From: Promethearchaeota archaeon
GTDB lineage: Archaea > Asgardarchaeota > Lokiarchaeia > Sigyniarchaeales > SOKP01
Direction: 5' to 3'
Assembly (NCBI GenBank): GCA_048938895.1
Contig: JBHLLU010000091.1
Coordinates: 1 to 11,785 of the forward strand
DNA: 11,785 bases
A program made the position numbers and the translations under genes. Within the stretch, counting starts at the first letter, position 1. The number at the start of each line of letters is the position of its first letter. Below, piece by piece: positions 1 to 6,616 of this stretch. Under the pieces are notes generated by a model. It was not told the origin of the DNA and did not search any database. It saw only the letters and a program-made list of their open reading frames with translations.

Positions 1-356
1 GCAGGTTGAATTAATTCATCAGAAGTCAGATTATCAAACCGAATTTTTGCTTTTTCTTTAATTTCTGATAAATATTCGAATAGTTGTTCTTGCGTTAATA
101 TTAATTCTGTTGTTTTGCGTAAATCGTTAGGAATTTTTTTTCCAAATTTCCATTTGAAATTTTCTCGTGTTTCCCTTGATTCTGAAAGGTACCAATCTAA
201 GAACCACATTGCGTGATAGGCTACATGCCAAAATGGGGGTCCGCTGGTTCTATCATCCCATAGTTCCTTTGGGCAACTTTTCAAATTTTGTTCCAACATT
301 CCGATGGCAGCTCCATATTGCTCATTTAATGCAATTTTTATGATTTCTAGAGACAT
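1..356 (-). CDS. DinB/YfiT-superfamily protein (four-helix-bundle putative metalloenzyme or thiol S-transferase); 3' end runs off the window
   Basis: Not in the ORF track; translated by hand from ATG at 356: MSLEIIKIALNEQYGAAIGMLEQNLKSCPKELWDDRTSGPPFWHVAYHAMWFLDWYLSESRETRENFKWKFGKKIPNDLRKTTELILTQEQLFEYLSEIKEKAKIRFDNLTSDELIQP... It is open to position 1. The 'CPxELW...FWHVAYH' pattern and the 'L..LT.DEL' helix are typical of DinB-family proteins. Confidence 0.8.
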   Translation of the reverse strand, partial: MSLEIIKIALNEQYGAAIGMLEQNLKSCPKELWDDRTSGPPFWHVAYHAMWFLDWYLSESRETRENFKWKFGKKIPNDLRKTTELILTQEQLFEYLSEIKEKAKIRFDNLTSDELIQP

Positions 357-384
357 AATATAACCCTAATACTTTGTATGAATT

Positions 385-430
385 TGAATAAAAATTTTAA
401 AAAAATATAAATTAAAAATAAAATTAAAAA
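385..430 (-). terminator. Oligo-T-rich tract after the DinB gene 431..892 (archaeal-type terminator), probably overlapping the TATA-like promoter of the next DinB gene
   Basis: Directly after the TAG, the minus strand reads TTTTTAATTTTATTTTTAATTTATATTTTTTTAAAATTTTTATT. The final AAAATTTTTATT lies about 30-40 nt upstream of the ATG at 356. Confidence 0.4.
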
Positions 431-892
431 CTAGACTCTTTGTCTTAGATATACTGCTTGTAGTCTAAGGACTTGATAAACATGACCGATTGTGTGATGG
501 ATAATGAATCCAAACCAATCTTCATACGTCATCTCTCTCCCGAAGGGAGATGTAAATTTATTTTGGAGATCTTCTTCTTTAAATTTAGATCTTGCCTCAG
601 CGTAGGCTTCAATAGCTGTATTAAACAATTCTAATAATTGTTGGGGTAAAGGTTCAGTAGATTCGGGATCTAACTTTATTGCTATCTCCTTATTATCTAC
701 ATCTGGATTAATCGTTTTTCTCGATGCCCAATTAAGTAGGCTGATAGCATGTATAAACAGATCAATAGCCGTCTGTTCCCCTTCAAATAACGGATTTCTC
801 ATGGATTCTTCAAAATGATTATCTTTACGTTTTTCAAACAAACTCTTAACATAATCATATACAAATTTCAATGATTTTATAGATTCTGGCAT
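431..892 (-). CDS. DinB/YfiT-superfamily protein (153 aa)
   Basis: Size, helical pattern, an N-terminal His (LFIHAIS) and the C-terminal 'FGREMTYEDWFGFIIHHTIGHVYQVLRL' with HxxxH match the three-His metal site of DinB/YfiT proteins. Confidence 0.8.
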   Translation of the reverse strand: MPESIKSLKFVYDYVKSLFEKRKDNHFEESMRNPLFEGEQTAIDLFIHAISLLNWASRKTINPDVDNKEIAIKLDPESTEPLPQQLLELFNTAIEAYAEARSKFKEEDLQNKFTSPFGREMTYEDWFGFIIHHTIGHVYQVLRLQAVYLRQRV

Positions 893-915
893 AAGAAAAT
901 ATTAAGTTATCGATG

Positions 916-944
916 TTTAAAAATTTTTAGAAAAGTTTTTTAAA
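916..944. promoter_or_regulatory. Back-to-back (divergent) BRE/TATA-like elements for the DinB gene (-) and the URO-D-like gene (+)
   Basis: TTTAAAAATTTTT-AG-AAAAGTTTTTTAAA is a near-perfect inverted repeat. Each strand reads an A-run followed by TTTTTAAA. The minus-strand box is about 24-31 nt upstream of the ATG at 892. Confidence 0.5.
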
Positions 945-1013
945 GATTCTATTGAGATCATTTACAATGTTAAAGTATCGAGTATTAAGATTGCTAGGAA
1001 AAGAGACAATACA

Positions 1014-1988
1014 ATGGATAAATTCGAACTAATTAAAAAAGCTTTTAAAGTGGAACCCACTGAGAGAATTCCCTATGCTATTTGGAAACACTTCCCTGAG
1101 TTTGATAAAACTCCTGAAGGTCTTTTAAAAGCACAAATGGATTTTCAAAAAAAATTTGACTCTGATATAATTAAAATCTCAGTTTCAGGACGTGCTTTTG
1201 CTTCTGATTTTGGAGCAGAATTAGGAGGTTATGATCCTGTATCTGGATCTCGTATTTGTACAAAATATCCGATTGATAAAATAGAGGATTGGGAGAAAAT
1301 TAAGTATATTGAGGTAGAAGATGGCGAATTTGGAGCTCAAATTAAAGCTATGAAGCTCATTCATGCAGAAATTGACGGGAAAATACCTACTATGATGACT
1401 GTTTTTTCCCCTTTAATGGTAGCATCACAGATTGATCCCAATATACTTTTACACTACAGAAAGGATCCTCAACTAATTAAGGAATATTTAAATATAATTA
1501 TAAGAGCAATGACTGATTTCACAAAAGCATCTTTAGATGTGGGAGCTACGGGTATATTCTTAGCCACACAACATTTCAATAATAGACTAACCGATAAAGA
1601 ACGGGTAGAATTAGCATTCAATCCATTAAAAACTCTGATACAAAAATCAATAAAAAAGAAAAACTTTGTTGTCCTCCATTTGCATGGTGATAATCCCGAT
1701 TATAAATTAGCTACTAAATTACCTATAGACGCCATTAATTGGCATGATCAGCAAACGTCACCAAATCTTTCTGAAGCAAGGGAAATCTTTCAAGGAGGTC
1801 TTCTGGGGGGATTAAACGCAGAATCTTGGAAAGATATATCCGATCCTACGGCACTTGAGCCAAAAATCTCTTCTGTTTATGCAAACTTTAAAGGAGCAGG
1901 ATTAATAATGGCACCTGGTTGTGTCATTCCCCAATTTGTTAGTGATACTGTAATAGAGGTTGTAGTAAAAACCATCAAAAATCTTTAA
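1014..1988 (+). CDS. Uroporphyrinogen decarboxylase (URO-D)/MtaA-like superfamily protein, probably not a canonical HemE
   Basis: 324 aa TIM-barrel pattern: 'ERIP..WKHFP', 'TVFSPL', 'GATGIFLA', 'VLHLHG', 'INWH', 'LLGGLN', 'LIMAPGCVIP'. It lacks the HemE 'RQAGR' and C-terminal 'NLGHG' motifs. Confidence 0.8.
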   Translation: MDKFELIKKAFKVEPTERIPYAIWKHFPEFDKTPEGLLKAQMDFQKKFDSDIIKISVSGRAFASDFGAELGGYDPVSGSRICTKYPIDKIEDWEKIKYIEVEDGEFGAQIKAMKLIHAEIDGKIPTMMTVFSPLMVASQIDPNILLHYRKDPQLIKEYLNIIIRAMTDFTKASLDVGATGIFLATQHFNNRLTDKERVELAFNPLKTLIQKSIKKKNFVVLHLHGDNPDYKLATKLPIDAINWHDQQTSPNLSEAREIFQGGLLGGLNAESWKDISDPTALEPKISSVYANFKGAGLIMAPGCVIPQFVSDTVIEVVVKTIKNL

Positions 1989-2089
1989 TATTCTTTTCAA
2001 AAAATACTTAGGTTAACATTCATACATACATTTAATCACTATTTATAGTTTTTTAGAAAGCTAACTGTAGCCAAGAAAGTGAATAACGA

Positions 2090-3073
2090 GTGCAAAAATA
2101 TATTTCAGAGTATACTGATGAGGAAACATCTCTAAAATCGAAATATTTTGGTCCGAAATTTGACGCCCATGTTCACTTGGGGAGTATTGATGGTATTGAT
2201 AATTTAATTAAGTTTAGAGAAGAGTTTAACATCAAAAGGTCAATTGGTATTATCTGGGGGGACAACTATGACGAATTTGGGGCAAAATTCCCAAATATGT
2301 TTGTTTTAGCTAAATATTTTCGAAGCAGAGAGCTTTTTAAGGTAAAACCAGATCTTAAATTATTATCAGATTTAATCGAAAATATTTATCAACAAGGTTT
2401 TCCTGTTGTTAAATTTTGGTTTGGTCCGAGAGTGAGAGATTTTGTAAGAGATCAATATAAAATGGATCCACCAAAAATTCGCTTATCTGATCCATTGTTT
2501 AAGTCAATATTTGCGAAAATAGAGGAATTAGGCCTTATTTTATTGATACATGTTAGTGATCCGGATCTTTGGTACGAAAGAGTATATCAACCGGTTAGTC
2601 GGTACGGCACTAAAAAAGAACATATTGAGGATTTTGAAGAGATATTACTAAGTTTTCCAAATTTGAAGATCCAACAAGCACATTTCGGGAGTCAGCCAGA
2701 AGATCTTGAAAACCTTTCTAGGTGGTTTGATTCATATCCAAATTATTATATTGATACATCTTCAGCAAGATGGATGGCAAGAGAGCTTGGGAGATATCCA
2801 GAAAAAGCCAGAGAATTTTTTATTAAATATTCAGATAGAATTCTTTTTGGAACGGATATTGTGCAGGATCGAAATAAACCAATTTCAGAATACTATCGAA
2901 CTCGGTATTTTACCTTCCAGGCTATTTTAGAGACTCATTGTAGGGATGTTCCATTACCCTTTCCAGATCCTGAAAATAATAATAACACAAAGATAAATGG
3001 ATTGGATCTTCCTCTTGATGTACTTAAGAAAATCTATTGGGAGAACGCAAAAAAATTTTATAAGGTAAAATAA
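2090..3073 (+). CDS. Metal-dependent TIM-barrel amidohydrolase (amidohydrolase_2 family)
   Basis: GTG start; motifs 'FDAHVH' (HxH), 'LIHVSDP', 'AHFG', 'YIDTSS', 'DRILFGTD', 'KKIYWENAKKFY'. Confidence 0.85.
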   Translation: MQKYISEYTDEETSLKSKYFGPKFDAHVHLGSIDGIDNLIKFREEFNIKRSIGIIWGDNYDEFGAKFPNMFVLAKYFRSRELFKVKPDLKLLSDLIENIYQQGFPVVKFWFGPRVRDFVRDQYKMDPPKIRLSDPLFKSIFAKIEELGLILLIHVSDPDLWYERVYQPVSRYGTKKEHIEDFEEILLSFPNLKIQQAHFGSQPEDLENLSRWFDSYPNYYIDTSSARWMARELGRYPEKAREFFIKYSDRILFGTDIVQDRNKPISEYYRTRYFTFQAILETHCRDVPLPFPDPENNNNTKINGLDLPLDVLKKIYWENAKKFYKVK

Positions 3074-3081
3074 ACTTAGCC

Positions 3082-4791
3082 TTATAGAAAAATTTCCATT
3101 CCTGGAGGAAGCCACGGTTTATAAATTAGAAAGTAGTCGTTGAAAAAATTAGATAAACCATTCTTTAAACATAAATCCAACCAATGAAAGACTGCTTCTT
3201 GACCTTGTTTTTCTTTAGCGATTTTCCCAAACATATTGCTCAAATAACTTGAAACAATATTATTATCTTCTGGAGCCATATGAGTTGATTGGATTTCCAT
3301 CAAACTATACTCGATTTGCTTCATATATAATTGAAAACTATTTAAAATACCTATTAGTTTTTCTCTTTCAGGTTTAAAATCGTAGGGTTTATTGAACAAC
3401 TGATTAAATTTCCCAAGATTTTTCATTAAACCTTTTATATTATGTAAGAAATTTGGTATATTTAGTTTAACAAGGTCTTGTTCCAGCTTCCTTGTGATAA
3501 ATGTATTTATAGTCAATTTATTGTAATAGTAAATAACTGGTAAAGAGATGGTTTTATCAAAACTCTTAATAAGGGGGATTCCCATAGTATAATATCTAGC
3601 CTCTCCTGTACCTGCAATATGTATAGCAGGTTGAATTGTTTTGGATACTAAATATTGACGAGATTCAACCCTAGGAGTAAAATTAGTTACAAATTTAGAA
3701 AGATCAGGATTATCTTTTTCAAGGCTAAAATCTATTAAATCTCCACAATTATTGCATTGACATTTGACATGTATCATCGAAGAATAATCTTGGCAGGACA
3801 ATTCCAATCTTTTACAATTGCACTCATCACTAGTACACTCATAAAAAAAAGGAACAAAATCATCCCGAATCTCTCTTAAAGGAGGTTGAACTTTGTGATT
3901 TAGAAATTGATTTCTTATGTCTAGGTAAGTATTAACATACTTATTCTGATTTTCTAATAAATTTTCGTAAAATGGTCTTAACATCTTTTTATATTCTAAA
4001 TCTGAAGCGGAAATGAAAAGATATCCTTGATCAAAAATGATATTGGTAATAGTCCCAATTATGTTAATAAACCAATCTGTATAGTTCTCTGAATTATTAT
4101 GCGCCATTTTGATTAACCGGAAGGCTTCTTCTAGCCGCTCTTCTAATAGCTTCTTATGCCAATTATCTTCTAAGCAAGAATTAATAGAGTTTTTATATTT
4201 TTTTCTAATTTCTTGAAATTGCTCTAAAAGATAAGGTAGAGACGGTAAAGGAAGATTTTTAATTCTCATATCTAGAAATTCCTTCTCAATTTCCGGCTCT
4301 ACTGATATCGAAAATCCATTAGGTGAATTGCTATGTGAAAATTTAGTTTTTATTAATTCTGAATGAACTTTATCATAATCAGCAACATAGAAAATTGGAA
4401 TTATCTTATTATCGAGATTTGAAAATGCTGCTCCACATGCAATTTTGTTAAAAAGGAATCTTTCTCCCCCTAAGAATTTTGGTTGATGAGAAACTTCTAA
4501 ATTAATACTTTCACTATCACTAAGAAATTTTTCTAAATTGATTTTAGCTTTATCCGTCAGCAGTCTATACTTACTATTTGTGGTTTTGAATATCTTTCCT
4601 AATCCTATTTTTATCTCATTACTAGTGGCATCTTTTTTCATTTCTTTATTTACTTTTTTTGCAAGAAGAACTGCATCATGCATCGACTGAGGTATCAGAT
4701 CTTTCATACCCTCAGAAATCCAAGATTTTTGTCCTTCTAAAGCATATAAAAGATAATATTTTAATGGATCTTCGTATTTATCAGCAGACAT
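3082..4791 (-). CDS. bshC: Divergent BshC-like protein (bacillithiol cysteine-adding enzyme family) with a Cys-rich insertion
   Basis: 569 aa. Segments align by eye with BshC motifs: 'SHQPKFLGGERFLFNKIA' (cf. GQQxGLFxGPLYxxxK), 'IPIFYVADYDKVHSEL' (cf. VPVFWxAxEDHDxxEI) and 'FTPRVESRQYLVSKTIQPAIHIAGTGEARYY' (cf. FSPNVxxRP...LP...GGPGExAY), followed by a C-terminal helical region. It lies directly downstream of a bshB1-like gene. Confidence 0.7.
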   Translation of the reverse strand: MSADKYEDPLKYYLLYALEGQKSWISEGMKDLIPQSMHDAVLLAKKVNKEMKKDATSNEIKIGLGKIFKTTNSKYRLLTDKAKINLEKFLSDSESINLEVSHQPKFLGGERFLFNKIACGAAFSNLDNKIIPIFYVADYDKVHSELIKTKFSHSNSPNGFSISVEPEIEKEFLDMRIKNLPLPSLPYLLEQFQEIRKKYKNSINSCLEDNWHKKLLEERLEEAFRLIKMAHNNSENYTDWFINIIGTITNIIFDQGYLFISASDLEYKKMLRPFYENLLENQNKYVNTYLDIRNQFLNHKVQPPLREIRDDFVPFFYECTSDECNCKRLELSCQDYSSMIHVKCQCNNCGDLIDFSLEKDNPDLSKFVTNFTPRVESRQYLVSKTIQPAIHIAGTGEARYYTMGIPLIKSFDKTISLPVIYYYNKLTINTFITRKLEQDLVKLNIPNFLHNIKGLMKNLGKFNQLFNKPYDFKPEREKLIGILNSFQLYMKQIEYSLMEIQSTHMAPEDNNIVSSYLSNMFGKIAKEKQGQEAVFHWLDLCLKNGLSNFFNDYFLIYKPWLPPGMEIFL

Positions 4792-4802
4792 TTCAAATTT
4801 TC

Positions 4803-5495
4803 CTAATATAAATTGTCAAAATCTATCATTAAATATTCTGGACTTATGAAACCCTCAGCATATTTTACTCCAATTTGATATCCTAGAAATCCTGCCCTTT
4901 CTTTAATATAGTCTAAAATTCTCAGGTGTTTTTTGTTATCTATAAACTGGCTTTTATATGCTTTAAGAGCCCTAATTTTATCTTCAATCGAATCTGAAAT
5001 ATCAATTAAGAAGTCGGTTCTGCGTCTTTTATCTTTTACATGTGAATGATCAAAGTAAAAAACATATTTCGGGTAGTATTCAGGATACTTAGAGTTTGTT
5101 TTTGTAAGTTTTGCTTGAAATTTAGCCGCATTTACAATTTGATGGCAGGCTACATGGTCAGGATGCCAATCATCAGAGGGGTGAGTTATTATTATCTTAG
5201 GTTTATATTTACGAATTACTTCAGAAACCTTTTTTCTATTCTCTATCGAATTTTCAATATACCTATTAGTCATATCTAAAGTTATTCTTACATCTAGAAC
5301 TAATATTTCAGAAGCTGCTTTGGCTTCTCCTAATCTTTTCTCAACAGTACCGAATGGTGTAGGTTCTCCATTTGTTAAATCTAATATACCTATTCTCTTA
5401 CCTTTTTTCTTATAATGAGCAATAGTCCCTCCACATCCAATTTCAGCATCATCTGGATGTGCTCCAATTACTAAAATATCTAATTCAAGGTCCAT
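4803..5495 (-). CDS. bshB1: BshB1-like N-acetylglucosaminyl deacetylase (PIG-L/LmbE family)
   Basis: 'LDILVIGAHPDDAEIGCGGTI', 'GILDLTNGE', 'HPDH', 'KIRALKAYKSQF' and 'GVKYAEGF' are hallmark BshB1/PIG-L zinc deacetylase motifs; 230 aa. Confidence 0.85.
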   Translation of the reverse strand: MDLELDILVIGAHPDDAEIGCGGTIAHYKKKGKRIGILDLTNGEPTPFGTVEKRLGEAKAASEILVLDVRITLDMTNRYIENSIENRKKVSEVIRKYKPKIIITHPSDDWHPDHVACHQIVNAAKFQAKLTKTNSKYPEYYPKYVFYFDHSHVKDKRRRTDFLIDISDSIEDKIRALKAYKSQFIDNKKHLRILDYIKERAGFLGYQIGVKYAEGFISPEYLMIDFDNLY

Positions 5496-5504
5496 TTTAA
5501 TCGT

Positions 5505-6407
5505 TTAACTTTCTAATTCTCTTATATGTGTAAATATCGATTTCTGTACTTTCCTAAAATTATCTTTATCTATATCTTCCACACTATTGAAATAATTCGA
5601 AAAAATTGATTTATAAACCTCAATACTTGTTTTTAAAGGAATATTTAAAAGTGATTCAATCAAATGAATATATTTTTCAATTCTTTCTTCTCCTTTCTGA
5701 AATAAAAAACTATCCTTTGCATTTTTTAAAATTGATTCCCTATCTTTATAAATTAATGGTACGCCTATTTCTACAATTTTATATCCTTTTTTCATTGATT
5801 TAATCCAGATTTCAATGGGTATCTCATAACCACTTACTTCTAATTCCAATTCATTAATTGCATCACATTTATATGCTTTTAATCCACAAAATGCATCTGT
5901 AATCGAAAATCCAATAGTATTTAAGATTCCAGTAATGATCGCATTAACAAGAAATCTATCTTTCCACGGATTTCGCCAGAAGAAATCTGAATTTTTAAAT
6001 CTTGAACCAGAAATGATTTGTTCTGGGGGATTTTCAAGAATATGCTCAATAAATCTATATAAACATTTTGGTTCATGTTGACCATCCATATCAAATGATA
6101 TAATCCAAGAATAACCCATTTCATACGCGTATTTAAAACCAGTTATAAGCGTATAACCGTAACCTTTATTATCCTCAAAATGATAAAGAGTAAATAAGGA
6201 ATCTTTATTATTTTCAGTTAAAATTTGTTTCGTCCTATCAGTAGAACCGTCGTTGATAATAAGGATTTCAAAATGTAATTCTTTTTGTTTCAGTAAATTT
6301 TGCTGTACTTTACGAAGGTGTTCTATAATGTTTTCAATGTTTTCTTCTTCATTAAAACATGGTATTAACAAAAGAATGTCTATCTTTTTTTCAGAAATAT
6401 CGAACAA
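5505..6407 (-). CDS. Glycosyltransferase family 2, DPM1-like (GT-A fold), no evident transmembrane helix
   Basis: TTG start, with an in-frame TGA at 6429-6431 that precludes a longer ORF. Motifs 'IPCFNEE', 'INDGSTD', 'NKGYG', 'FDMDGQH' (DxD), 'SGSRF', 'TDAFCGLKAY'. It is the first gene of the GT2-bshB1-bshC run, with 9 and 11 nt spacers. Confidence 0.9.
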   Translation of the reverse strand: MFDISEKKIDILLLIPCFNEEENIENIIEHLRKVQQNLLKQKELHFEILIINDGSTDRTKQILTENNKDSLFTLYHFEDNKGYGYTLITGFKYAYEMGYSWIISFDMDGQHEPKCLYRFIEHILENPPEQIISGSRFKNSDFFWRNPWKDRFLVNAIITGILNTIGFSITDAFCGLKAYKCDAINELELEVSGYEIPIEIWIKSMKKGYKIVEIGVPLIYKDRESILKNAKDSFLFQKGEERIEKYIHLIESLLNIPLKTSIEVYKSIFSNYFNSVEDIDKDNFRKVQKSIFTHIRELES

Positions 6408-6472
6408 CTCATTATTTTCTAAGATTCTTCATTGAAACAACACATCTAAATTTTTAGAATTGTTGGTTATGA

Positions 6473-6483
6473 TTTATAAAAAA
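6473..6483 (-). promoter_or_regulatory. TATA-like box candidate for the GT2-bshB1-bshC operon
   Basis: The minus strand reads TTTTTTATAAA about 65-75 nt upstream of the TTG at 6407. The AT-rich background makes this weak. Confidence 0.3.
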
Positions 6484-6581
6484 GGCTATTTCGAAATTAA
6501 ATCAAATGTTTTTCCCTTAATAATCAATTCAAAATATTGATTTGCTCTATTTATTAATATAATAATCTTGCACCGATATAG

Positions 6582-6589
6582 TTTTTAAA
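6582..6589 (+). promoter_or_regulatory. TATA-like box for the helicase gene (probable short or leaderless transcript)
   Basis: TTTTTAAA lies 28-35 nt upstream of ATG 6617, the canonical archaeal spacing. Confidence 0.4.
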
Positions 6590-6616
6590 AACAAAGAATA
6601 TATTTTTCTCTATAAT

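Noticed and set aside
357-430. A/T-rich quasi-repeats (aaattaaaaat) as a repeat array or ncRNA
   Set aside because: Low-complexity intergenic sequence adequately explained as terminator plus promoter, with no regular repeat-spacer structure or GC-rich stem.
1014-1988. Calling the gene hemE
   Set aside because: The HemE substrate-binding and catalytic motifs are absent and there are no tetrapyrrole genes nearby.
2706-2930. 74-aa alternative-frame ORF inside the amidohydrolase
   Set aside because: Fully nested in a well-supported gene, TTG start, no motifs; a shadow ORF.
5505-6407. Calling the glycosyltransferase bshA
   Set aside because: Its motifs are GT2/GT-A (DxD). It has none of the GT4 features of BshA, such as the ExFG...EA motif.
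5046-6435. Short ORFs 5046..5279 (+), 5606..5803 (+), 5921..6124 (-) and 6253..6435 (+)
   Set aside because: Antisense or out-of-frame shadows of bshB1 and the GT2. Their hydrophobic F/I/L bias is what the reverse strand of AT-rich genes produces.
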